From assembly GCA_035943095.1 (NCBI GenBank), contig DASZCN010000060.1, positions 3,710-67,709 of the forward strand: DNA of 64,000 nt. Reading direction: 5' to 3'. The position numbers and the translations under genes were made by a program. The notes beneath the pieces are model-generated. The model worked only from the letters and a program-made list of their open reading frames with translations, had not been told where the DNA came from and searched no databases. This document shows, in pieces, positions 11,529 to 20,012 of this stretch; the stretch's first letter is position 1; every line of letters begins with the position of its first letter. Origin of the DNA: Gemmatimonadales bacterium. Lineage in GTDB: Bacteria > Gemmatimonadota > Gemmatimonadetes > Gemmatimonadales > GWC2-71-9.

Positions 11529-12082
11529 TCCGCCGCGCCGTACTGCCGGTCACGATGATCGTCGCGCTGGCGGCTGGTGGGGCCTGCGACACCGGGATCA
11601 AGCCGACCGCGGTGGTCACGGCGGCCGATTCGGCCGACCAGGTGTTGTACAACATGTCGCACTACGTAACCGCCGACGGTATCCAGCGCGCGCATGTCCT
11701 CGCCGACACGGCGTATTTCTATTCGCCGATGCAGACCGCGGAGCTGCGCAACGTGCACATCACGTTCTTCGACCTGCGAGGCGCTCAGACCTCGACCCTC
11801 ACGTCGCGGGAGGGCACGTACCATTGGCAATCGGGCGACATGGAAGCACGCGGGCACGTGGTCGTCGTGCGCGTGGACAGCGCCACCCTACGGACCGCGG
11901 TGATTCGCTTTAGTCAGGCTAGGAACCAGGTCAGCTCCGATCAGATATTCGTGTTCGACGAGCCGAAAAACGGGGGGCGCCACATCGTAGGGCAGGGCTT
12001 CACTGCCGACCCGGACTTTAAGGTCGTGACGGCAACCAAGATCGTCGGACAGGCCGGCGGCTTCATCCTGCCGAACCAATGA
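11525..12082 (+). CDS. lptC: LPS export protein LptC, possibly lipoprotein-anchored
   Basis: ATG overlaps the kdsD stop; hydrophobic N-terminus ending GGAC; beta-rich; position in the kdsD-lptC-lptA-lptB-rpoN order. Confidence 0.75.
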   Translation: MIRRAVLPVTMIVALAAGGACDTGIKPTAVVTAADSADQVLYNMSHYVTADGIQRAHVLADTAYFYSPMQTAELRNVHITFFDLRGAQTSTLTSREGTYHWQSGDMEARGHVVVVRVDSATLRTAVIRFSQARNQVSSDQIFVFDEPKNGGRHIVGQGFTADPDFKVVTATKIVGQAGGFILPNQ

Positions 12083-13410
12083 TGGCTACCATGTTCGCGC
12101 TAGCGCTCGTTCAGCAACCCGCACCCCCCGTCGATACATCGCGCGGCCGGCCGTGCAAAGTCGTGATCGACTCGGTGGGCCGGCAGGCGCAGCAGGTGGA
12201 GGTGCGAGCGGGGGAGACGAACGTGTTCGCGGGCGGCGGCGTCCTGGCGCACTGTGAGGGCACGGGCACCACGCTCTCCGCCGACAGCGTCGCCTGGTTC
12301 GCGGGCGTTCGGCGGTTCGACATGATCGGCCAGCGCAACATTGTGCATATCCGCGACACCACGCTCACGCTGGACGCGACGACGGCAGCCTACTTTCTCG
12401 GCCAGGAGCGACTCGAGGCGCACAGGAACGTAGTGGCGGTGAACCGCACGACGGGATCCGTGCTGCGCGGCCCCAATCTCAACTATTACCGTGCCGTGCC
12501 CGGTATCCGCGACACGATCGAGATGTATAGCACCGGCCGTCCCACCATCGACTACCACGCCACCGCGGATTCGGGCGAGCCGTACATCATCGTGGCCGAT
12601 CGAGTCCGCTTGAAGGGGAACGATCGGATGTGGGGAGGCGGTCGCGTGACGATCGACCGCAGTGACTTCGCCGCCCAGGGCGATTCGATGCAGCTCGATC
12701 AGCGCGCGGGATTTGGAGTGCTCGTCGGCAAGCCGGCCGTAGAGGGGAAGGGCGCCCGGGCGTACAAGCTCACCGGCACGCGTATCGAGCTGGGCCTGGC
12801 GGGCCGCGAGATCAAGCGCGTCAAGGCACTGGGCCAGGGCGTGGCGACCGGATCGGATTGGCGCCTCACGGCGGACACGATCCACCTCTTTTTAGACCGC
12901 AGCAAGTTGCAGCGGGCCTTCGCCTGGGGTCCGAAGGACTCCGTCAAGGCACACGCCGTGTCCACGACGAACACCATCCGGTCTGACTCCCTGGCGCTCG
13001 ACCTGCCGGACGAAGTGCTCACGGAGGCGCGTGCCTTCGGGCACGCCTTCTCGACGTCCAAGAAGGATTCGACCAAGAACGCCGATGTGGATTGGATCGC
13101 CGGCGATTCGCTCACGGCCCGCTGGACGCAGGTTCCGGACTCCGCCGGCACTCTCAAGAGCAAGATGCACGAGCTCATTTCCCGAAACAATGCGCGCGCG
13201 CTCACCCACATGCAGAGCGAGCACGACACCGCGGGTCCGTCCATCAATTACTCACGGGGGCAGATCATCCGCATCGTCCTGAAGAGGGAGAAGGTGGACA
13301 CCGTGATCGTGACCGGGCACGCCGACGGCGTGCAGCTCGAGCATCGGCCGCCGGCACCGCCCGACACCACGAAGCACAAGACGCCTCCCCCCACTGTGCC
13401 CAACCGATGA
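12079..13410 (+). CDS. OstA/LptA-like periplasmic beta-jellyroll protein (443 aa)
   Basis: Signal-like N-terminus; repeated beta-strand pattern (ADSV/ADRV/ADTI/GDSL); between lptC and lptB. Confidence 0.7.
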   Translation: MMATMFALALVQQPAPPVDTSRGRPCKVVIDSVGRQAQQVEVRAGETNVFAGGGVLAHCEGTGTTLSADSVAWFAGVRRFDMIGQRNIVHIRDTTLTLDATTAAYFLGQERLEAHRNVVAVNRTTGSVLRGPNLNYYRAVPGIRDTIEMYSTGRPTIDYHATADSGEPYIIVADRVRLKGNDRMWGGGRVTIDRSDFAAQGDSMQLDQRAGFGVLVGKPAVEGKGARAYKLTGTRIELGLAGREIKRVKALGQGVATGSDWRLTADTIHLFLDRSKLQRAFAWGPKDSVKAHAVSTTNTIRSDSLALDLPDEVLTEARAFGHAFSTSKKDSTKNADVDWIAGDSLTARWTQVPDSAGTLKSKMHELISRNNARALTHMQSEHDTAGPSINYSRGQIIRIVLKREKVDTVIVTGHADGVQLEHRPPAPPDTTKHKTPPPTVPNR

Positions 13411-14615
13411 CGGCCCAGCTACCGACGCGACATGTGGCCGATCTGGTGGCCGAGCGATACTCCGCACTCCCGCTCGCCGCTGCGGCGCTCGCCCGCGTCG
13501 CCGACGGGCGCGGTGGGGCAACACTCGGCGAGCTGGCGATCGCGTACCGGGAGGAGTTCCTGAAGCTTCGGGCGCGCTCGAGAGGCGCTGGGGGGGGAGG
13601 CCTGCCCGAACTGGGCGCGTTGTCGGTCGAGCAGTTTCGGGCGGAGCTGCGCTCGGTGCTGCCCCGGCTCGCCGTCCTCAGGATTGTCGAGTACCCCGTC
13701 GGTCTGCTGACCGATAGCACGCCAATCACCTTCACCGGCGATATGTGGGCCGAGGTACTCGCGGACCGGGAGGACATCGCAGACCGGTTGCTCGACGCGG
13801 CCGAGCGCGCGGTCGCCCGCGCCGAGGCCGCCAGTGGCGAGCATCCGGTCATCACCGGCGGCAGCCGCCTGGAGGCGCGAGGACTCCTCAAGGTCTACAA
13901 GAGCCGCCCGGTCGTGAACGACGTGAGCGTACAACTCGAGCAGGGCGAGATCGTCGGCCTCCTCGGGCCCAACGGAGCCGGCAAGACGACGACCTTCTAC
14001 ATGATCACGGGCCTGGTGCGGCCGGACGGGGGCCACATCGAATTCGACGGCCGGGACATCACCGACGAGCCGATGTACCGCCGGGCGCGGATGGGCATCG
14101 GTTACCTGGCGCAGGAGCCGTCGGTCTTCCGGAAGCTGACGGTAGAGGAGAACGTCCAGGCAATTCTCGAGACGCTGCCGATCGAGGGCGATGAGCGCGC
14201 GCACCGGATGGAGCGCCTGCTCGACGAGCTGGCGATCAAGCACTTGCGGCGCCAGAAGGGCTTCCAGCTCTCGGGCGGCGAGCGGCGCCGTCTCGAGATC
14301 ACCCGCGCGCTCGTCACCGAGCCCAAGTTCATGCTGCTCGACGAGCCGTTCGCGGGCGTGGATCCGATCGCCGTGCACGACATCCAGACCATCGTGGCCG
14401 GACTCCGGCACAAGGGCATCGGGGTTCTGATCACCGACCACAATGTGGAGCAGACGCTCGACATCGTGGATCGCGCCTACATCATGTTCGAGGGCAAGGT
14501 CCAGGTCGCCGGCAGCGTCCGGGAGCTCGTGTTCTCCGACCGCGTCGCGAACCTGTACCTCGGGCCCACGCTCACCGCCCGACTCCGCGCCCGTCTCGGG
14601 CAGCCCCCGGTATGA
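13407..14615 (+). CDS. lptB: LPS export ABC ATPase LptB with ~153-aa N-terminal extension
   Basis: GLLGPNGAGKTT, YLAQEPSVFRKLTV, LSGGERRR, LLDEPFAGVDP, ITDHNV; ATG overlaps the upstream TGA. Confidence 0.93.
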   Translation: MTAQLPTRHVADLVAERYSALPLAAAALARVADGRGGATLGELAIAYREEFLKLRARSRGAGGGGLPELGALSVEQFRAELRSVLPRLAVLRIVEYPVGLLTDSTPITFTGDMWAEVLADREDIADRLLDAAERAVARAEAASGEHPVITGGSRLEARGLLKVYKSRPVVNDVSVQLEQGEIVGLLGPNGAGKTTTFYMITGLVRPDGGHIEFDGRDITDEPMYRRARMGIGYLAQEPSVFRKLTVEENVQAILETLPIEGDERAHRMERLLDELAIKHLRRQKGFQLSGGERRRLEITRALVTEPKFMLLDEPFAGVDPIAVHDIQTIVAGLRHKGIGVLITDHNVEQTLDIVDRAYIMFEGKVQVAGSVRELVFSDRVANLYLGPTLTARLRARLGQPPV

Positions 14616-16072
14616 AGACAGGCCTCCAGCAGCACGCCGCGCTGTCGCAGCAGCTCCGGATCAATCCGCGGCTGTACCAGGCGATGGATCTGTTGTACAT
14701 GCCGCTGCTCGACCTCCAGCAGCACTTGAAGCAGGAGCTGCTCGGCAATCCGTTCCTCGAGCTGCTGGAGCCAGAGGACGAGACCGAGGTACCCCTCGCG
14801 GAGGAGGCCAAGGAGGACGCGAAGGAAGCCGAAAAGAACGACGAGCCGGATTGGGAAGACATCCTGCTCGACGACGGCTCGGACTCGAGCGCACCGCCGC
14901 GCGACCTGAGCGAGGCCCGCGAGTACGTGGAGCCGGTGCCGGTCGAGACCAAAGACCTCGCCGATCACCTGCGCGAGCAGGTCCGGCTCCTGGATCTGAC
15001 CCCTCGCCAGCAGCTGCTCGCGGAAGAGTTCATCGGCAACATCGCGGAGGACGGCTACCTCGGGGCCACACTCGAGGAGATCGCGCGCGGCGCGAATCAG
15101 CTGCTCGAGGAGCACGCCGTCGAGTCCGAGCAGGACGTGCAGCCGCAGCTATACACGCCTGCCGAGGCCGAGGAGATGCTCCGCATCGTCCAAAAGCTCG
15201 ATCCGCCCGGCGTCGGCTCCCGCGATCTGCGCGAGTGCCTGCTGCTGCAGCTCGAGGCGCGGGGCGAGACGGAGACCCTCGCGTACCGCCTGGTGCGGGA
15301 GGCGTTCGAGGACTTGAAAGCGCACCGCTGGAGCGACCTCGGCAAGCGCTTCGGCCTCGACGCGGCCGAGGTGCAGAAGGTGGCTGACGACCTGGCCAAG
15401 CTCGATCCCAAGCCCGGGCTGCAATACTCGTCTGCGAACGAAGCGTACATCATCCCAGACCTGCTCGTGGAGAAGATCGACGGCGAGTACAAGGTCTTCT
15501 TGAACGATTCAGGGCTGCCGCGACTCCGCATCTCGAAGACCTATCAGGACATCGCGCGCGACAAAAAGAAGTTCCAGGGCGAAAACAAGGACTTCATCAA
15601 CCAGCGCATGAACAGCGCCCACTGGATGATCCAGGCGATCGAGCAGCGGCGCCAGACCATGCTCAAGGTCATGAACTTCATCGTCGACCGGCAGCGGGAG
15701 TTCTTCGAGAAGGGCGTCGAGTACTTGAAGCCGCTCACGCTGCGCGAGGTGGCCGACGTCATCAACATGCACGAGAGCACCGTCAGCCGGGTGACCAACG
15801 AGAAGTACGTCCAGACGCCGCGCGGCCTGCTGCCGCTCAAGTTCTTCTTTTCGAGCGGGCTCTCGACCACCACGGGTGAGGACGCCAGCGCCCGCGCGAT
15901 CCGCGCCCAGATTCAGAAGATGGTGTCGGACGAGGACCCCAAGAATCCCCTCACCGACCAGCAGATCGTCGAAATGTTCGCGCAGAAAGGGGTCAAGATC
16001 GCGCGCCGGACCGTCGCCAAGTACCGCGACCAGCTGAGCATCCTCCCGGCCCGCATGCGAAAGCGTTTGTGA
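14612..16072 (+). CDS. rpoN: RNA polymerase sigma-54 factor
   Basis: Q/L-rich region I, PLTLREVA, HESTVSRV, RpoN box ARRTVAKYR. Confidence 0.97.
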   Translation: MKTGLQQHAALSQQLRINPRLYQAMDLLYMPLLDLQQHLKQELLGNPFLELLEPEDETEVPLAEEAKEDAKEAEKNDEPDWEDILLDDGSDSSAPPRDLSEAREYVEPVPVETKDLADHLREQVRLLDLTPRQQLLAEEFIGNIAEDGYLGATLEEIARGANQLLEEHAVESEQDVQPQLYTPAEAEEMLRIVQKLDPPGVGSRDLRECLLLQLEARGETETLAYRLVREAFEDLKAHRWSDLGKRFGLDAAEVQKVADDLAKLDPKPGLQYSSANEAYIIPDLLVEKIDGEYKVFLNDSGLPRLRISKTYQDIARDKKKFQGENKDFINQRMNSAHWMIQAIEQRRQTMLKVMNFIVDRQREFFEKGVEYLKPLTLREVADVINMHESTVSRVTNEKYVQTPRGLLPLKFFFSSGLSTTTGEDASARAIRAQIQKMVSDEDPKNPLTDQQIVEMFAQKGVKIARRTVAKYRDQLSILPARMRKRL

Positions 16073-17025
16073 GCCTCGCCACCGGCGCCGCGACGCCAGA
16101 GGTGAGCGTCCTCGTCCCGGCCAAGGACGAGGCAGAGAATCTCCATGAGTTCGTCCGCCAGGCGCGCGAGGCGCTGTTGCCGCTGCCGTACACCTGCGAG
16201 ATCGTCGTGATCGACGATGGCAGCCACGATGGCACTGCGGAGGCGCTGCGCGATCTCTCGGCAAAGCATCCGTTCGTGCGGGTCGTGACCCATCGCAGCC
16301 AGCGCGGCATCGCGGATGCCCTGGCGTCCGGCGCCGACGCCGCGCGCGGCCGGATCCTCGTGTTCTATCCCGCCGACCTGCAGTACCGGCCGAGCGACAT
16401 CCCCGCCTTGGTCCAACCGATCCTCGAAGACTCGGCCGACCTCGTGACCGGGACGAAGCAGGGCCATTACGAGAAGCGCTTCGTCTCGTGGGTCTACAAT
16501 GGCCTGTGTCGCTGGTTGTTCGGGGTTCGGGTCGCCGACTTGAATTCAGTGAAGGCGTACCGTCGGGAGGTGATGGACGGCCTGACGACGCGGCCCGACT
16601 GGCACCGGTTCATGGTGGTCATCGCGGCGACGCAGGGCTTCCGCCTCGCGGAGCGCCCGGTGCCGTTGCAGCCCCGACGGGCCGGAAAGTCGAAGTTCGG
16701 CATCGGCCGCATTCCAGTAGGCGTGCTGGATCTCATGTCCGTATGGTTCCAGCTGCGATTCGGCCGCAAGCCGATGTTGTTCTTCGGTGTCTCAGGAGCC
16801 GTGCTGATCCTGTTGGGTTTCCTGGTCGGCGTGTACGCGCTCATCGAGCGCTACGCGCTCCACCAGGGCAACCGGGCGTTTCTTTATCTGGTCCTGCTGT
16901 TGGTGCTGGCCGGCCTGATCCTGTTCGGGTTTGGCTTCGTGGGGGAGATGGTTGCCAGCATGCGCGAGGAGGTCCGAGCGCTCGCGCGTGAGGTCGAACA
17001 TCTGAAGGATCGCCCTACCTCGTAA
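16069..17025 (+). CDS. GT2 glycosyltransferase, polyprenyl-phosphate sugar transferase type (GtrB/ArnC/CsbB-like)
   Basis: VLVPAKDE, IDDGSHD, C-terminal two TM helices. Confidence 0.85.
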   Translation: MSLATGAATPEVSVLVPAKDEAENLHEFVRQAREALLPLPYTCEIVVIDDGSHDGTAEALRDLSAKHPFVRVVTHRSQRGIADALASGADAARGRILVFYPADLQYRPSDIPALVQPILEDSADLVTGTKQGHYEKRFVSWVYNGLCRWLFGVRVADLNSVKAYRREVMDGLTTRPDWHRFMVVIAATQGFRLAERPVPLQPRRAGKSKFGIGRIPVGVLDLMSVWFQLRFGRKPMLFFGVSGAVLILLGFLVGVYALIERYALHQGNRAFLYLVLLLVLAGLILFGFGFVGEMVASMREEVRALAREVEHLKDRPTS

Positions 17026-17041
17026 TACTCTTCCAGACGTC

Positions 17042-17076
17042 GAGGGGGCCTCGGTCGACGCCCTCCTCATGTTTCT
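17042..17076 (+). terminator. Possible intrinsic terminator after the kds-lpt-rpoN-GT2 operon
   Basis: GAGGGGGC/GCCC(T)CCTC stem with bulge followed by ATGTTTCT; weak U-tract. Confidence 0.25.
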
Positions 17077-17091
17077 GAATGAATCGCTGTT

Positions 17092-17132
17092 GCTGATGCG
17101 CATCAGCCCCGAGTGGTCGATGTAGCATCGAC
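17092..17132. promoter_or_regulatory. Two related palindromes: GCTGATGCGCATCAGC (17092-17107) and GTCGATG-TAG-CATCGAC (17116-17132)
   Basis: Perfect 16-bp palindrome and a 7-bp inverted repeat sharing a GATG..CATC core, upstream of a DNA-binding protein gene. Confidence 0.45.
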
Positions 17133-17181
17133 GCCCTACCGATATGAAACGGCGCGTCGCACATTTGCCCACGAACGTGCG
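17130..17181 (+). promoter_or_regulatory. Upstream motif copy A: GACGCCCTACCG ... GCAC-ATTTGC ... ACGTGCG
   Basis: 11/12 match to 18690-18701; both start 102 nt before the respective start codon. Confidence 0.5.
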
Positions 17182-17231
17182 GGCGCGCGGATTGCTGCGC
17201 GACACTTGGATTGCCGGACAAGGGGTCGCGC

Positions 17232-18617
17232 GTGCCGCCATTACCGCTTACCACCCTGCTTCAAACCGCGTTACCGGAGCTTTCAACCCGGACGCGAGCC
17301 ATCCTGAGCACCCTCGGCTGCTACAACGGCGACGTGCCCGCGGCGGGCGAGGTGGCCACCCTGATCGGCATGCGCAGCCGGTTTCAGCTCGCCCGGACGC
17401 TGCGGCAGGAAGGGCTCCCGCCCTTCGAGGAGCTGGCCGGGTGGGCGCGCGTTCTTTACTGGCTGTTTGAGGCCGAGGGCACGGGCGTCTCGCTGCACCG
17501 CTTGGCCCGGCGCGCCCGCCTCGATGCGGCAAGCGCCTACCGGCTCGTGCGTCGCGTGACCCGGATGCGGTGGTCTGAGCTCCGGCGCATGGGCATCGCT
17601 GCGGCAGTGGAGCGCCTCCGGGAGCGCTGCCACGGCAGACCCGTGAGCCGCTGCGCCTGTTCGCGACCACCGGCGCCGGCGAGGCGCGCGCCCAGAGTCC
17701 GTACGCCCGAAGCAACCAGTCGCCGATGCGCGCCGAGCAGCCCTCACCATCCCGCCGGTACCCTCGTGCCAGGGCTCCTTGTGAACGGTGCGCCCTTCGA
17801 CGTCGCGATCGGCCCAGATGGGACCGCGTACGTCACATGCGTGCGCGCCGCTCGCCTCGAGCGTGTAGCGCTCGAGCCGTTTCGGTCGATTGGTCGCGTA
17901 TCGACGGGCCCGGTGCCGACCCGGATCGTGTTCAACGCAGCGGGTACGTTCGCCTATGTGACGAATCAGTTCGCCGAGGAGGTGGGCGTCATCGACGTTG
18001 AACGCGGGGAGCAGGTAGCGTCGATCGACGTGCCCGGCCATCCGTTGGGAGCCGTGCTGGCGCCCGACAACCGCACGCTGTTCGTCGCGACCAATCTCGA
18101 CCGTCTGCATGCCATCTCTCTACACTCCGGAAGAATGAGGTCCTCCGTCTCCGTGCCACAGGTATGCACGGAAATCGCGCTCGACGCGAGCGGACACCGG
18201 CTGTTCCTCCCGACCTGGAACGCAGGACGCATCCTGGAGTTCGAGACGAGTACCCTCCAGGTGATGCGACGCTTCGACGTCGGCGGAAAGGTGCAGGGAG
18301 TGGCGCTGCCGTCGGACGGCCGGACATTGTTCGCGGCCAACGAGGACGGCTGGCTGGATGTGATCCAGTTGAGTAGTGGGGTTCGCACCCGCCTGCAGTT
18401 CGGCACCACGACTTTCGGCGTGCGGGTGAGTCCCGACGATGCCCTCGTGTACGTTACCCTGCTCGGAGCGGGGCAGGTGGTGGTACTCGACCGGTGGACG
18501 CTCCAGGTGGTGACTACGCTCCACCCTGGGGGCCAGCCCCGGCGCGTCGATTTCGACTCCTCGGGCCGCTTCGCGCTCATCGCGAACGAGGCCGGATGGG
18601 TGGATCTGGTGCGGTAG
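17232..18617 (+). CDS. AraC-type HTH domain fused to a YVTN/YncE beta-propeller
   Basis: GTG 17232 with AAGGGG SD (ORF opens at TTG 17211); two HTH-like motifs (AAGEVATLIGMRSRFQLARTL; SLHRLARRARLDAASAYRLVRRVTRMRWSELR); YVTN-type blades (AYVTNQF). Confidence 0.75.
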   Translation: MPPLPLTTLLQTALPELSTRTRAILSTLGCYNGDVPAAGEVATLIGMRSRFQLARTLRQEGLPPFEELAGWARVLYWLFEAEGTGVSLHRLARRARLDAASAYRLVRRVTRMRWSELRRMGIAAAVERLRERCHGRPVSRCACSRPPAPARRAPRVRTPEATSRRCAPSSPHHPAGTLVPGLLVNGAPFDVAIGPDGTAYVTCVRAARLERVALEPFRSIGRVSTGPVPTRIVFNAAGTFAYVTNQFAEEVGVIDVERGEQVASIDVPGHPLGAVLAPDNRTLFVATNLDRLHAISLHSGRMRSSVSVPQVCTEIALDASGHRLFLPTWNAGRILEFETSTLQVMRRFDVGGKVQGVALPSDGRTLFAANEDGWLDVIQLSSGVRTRLQFGTTTFGVRVSPDDALVYVTLLGAGQVVVLDRWTLQVVTTLHPGGQPRRVDFDSSGRFALIANEAGWVDLVR

Positions 18618-18689
18618 TTCACGCCGGTTATGACGTTTTGTGCGCCGGCTCTCACTTCGGCGCCGCGCCACGACTAAACTCGAGGCAGG

Positions 18690-18736
18690 GACGCCGTACC
18701 GCACAGTTGCGGTCCGGCACTTGCGTAGTACGTGCG
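18690..18736 (+). promoter_or_regulatory. Upstream motif copy B: GACGCCGTACCG ... GCAC-TTGC ... ACGTGCG
   Basis: Counterpart of 17130-17181. Confidence 0.5.
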
Positions 18737-18791
18737 ACAGTCATAGTCAACGTATGGCGGTATCGTAACGCGCAGCAGGATCGGAGAGCGT

Positions 18792-20012
18792 ATGAAGCGT
18801 CCTCGGTGCTTCTTCATTTCTGTTCTGGCGGTCGTCGCGGCCCTGGCCTCTGCATGCAGTAGCGCGACTGCGCCTACGACGCCCGTCGACCCCGTCCTTG
18901 TCGGGATCTTCCTCGCGCCGCGCGATACGAGCATTCCCCAGAAGCACAGCGTGCAGCTGCGCTTGACCGCGCTCGACTCGGCCGGCAATGAGATTGAGAA
19001 CGTGAGCGTGCGGCCTACCTATACGACCAACAACCCCGCGCTCGTATCCGTGAGCCCGCAGGGGTTGGTACAGTCGCTCGGCCCGGCGGGCCACGCAACG
19101 ATCACGGCGCACATCGGCGACTTCGGCGATACGGTCAGCATCTTCGTATTCGACTCGAGCCTGGCCGGCCGCGTGCCGCTCACGAGCCGGGCCTATGCCG
19201 TCGCGATCTCCTCCGCGGGGGTCGTCTACGTCGGTCAGCCCGACTTAGGACGCCTGATTCGGGCTGATCTTCCCAACATGGCGTTTACGACCTCAGTCAC
19301 GGTCGGGGATACCCCAACCGAAGTCGCGTTCAATTCGACCGGGACGAAAGCCTACGTTACGAATCAATTCAGTCAGAACGTGGGTGTGATCGACGCGGCG
19401 TCCAACACCCAGACGGCGACCGTGCCAGTCGCCGGCAATCCGTTCGCCGTGATCGTGGCGCCGGGAGACAGCATCGTTTGGGTCACGACGACCGCCGACA
19501 GCCTCTTCGGCATCAATGCGTCGTCCTTGCAGATCATACACCGGCTGCAGCTACCCATCATTTCCAATGGGTTCGCCATACGGGACTCGCTGCTCTACGT
19601 GAGCACCCGGGATGCGGGGATCGTGACCGAGATCAACCTGAAGACGACCACGGTCTTGCGCACGTTGGCCGTGGGTGGTGCGCCGCAGGGGATCGTCGTC
19701 TCTCCCGACGGCACCCAGTTGTACATCGCCAACGAAAACGCCACGCTCCAGTTCTGGAGTCTGACGAGCAACAGCTCGCTTGGCACGACCTCCCTGGCGG
19801 GCCGGGGTTTCGGATTGGCGCGGCGTCCGACGGATGGAAACCTCTACGTCACGACGCTCGAGGCCGGACAAGTGCAGGTCGTCGATCCGACGAGCCACGC
19901 GATTGTGCAGGTGATCAATGTTGGAGGGATCCCGCGCCGGATCGCGTTTACGGCCGACGGGCGCACGGGCGTGGTGGCGAATGAGGCGAGCTGGGTCGAT
20001 TTCCTCCGCTAG
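18792..20012 (+). CDS. Predicted lipoprotein: Ig-like (Big_2-type) domain + YVTN/YncE beta-propeller
   Basis: GGAGAG SD; signal peptide ending LASAC22; TTNNPALVSVSPQGLV..GPAGHATITA Ig-like motif; AYVTNQF blades. Confidence 0.85.
   Translation: MKRPRCFFISVLAVVAALASACSSATAPTTPVDPVLVGIFLAPRDTSIPQKHSVQLRLTALDSAGNEIENVSVRPTYTTNNPALVSVSPQGLVQSLGPAGHATITAHIGDFGDTVSIFVFDSSLAGRVPLTSRAYAVAISSAGVVYVGQPDLGRLIRADLPNMAFTTSVTVGDTPTEVAFNSTGTKAYVTNQFSQNVGVIDAASNTQTATVPVAGNPFAVIVAPGDSIVWVTTTADSLFGINASSLQIIHRLQLPIISNGFAIRDSLLYVSTRDAGIVTEINLKTTTVLRTLAVGGAPQGIVVSPDGTQLYIANENATLQFWSLTSNSSLGTTSLAGRGFGLARRPTDGNLYVTTLEAGQVQVVDPTSHAIVQVINVGGIPRRIAFTADGRTGVVANEASWVDFLR

Noticed and set aside
13092-13406. Long upstream ORF extensions in the six-frame track (lptB from 13092, pcm from 31089, uvrC from 45418, bshC from 47996, larC from 41480, mcsB from 63779)
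   Set aside because: They overlap neighbouring genes in other frames and read as low-complexity Arg/Ala/Gly text; starts were reset to coupled codons
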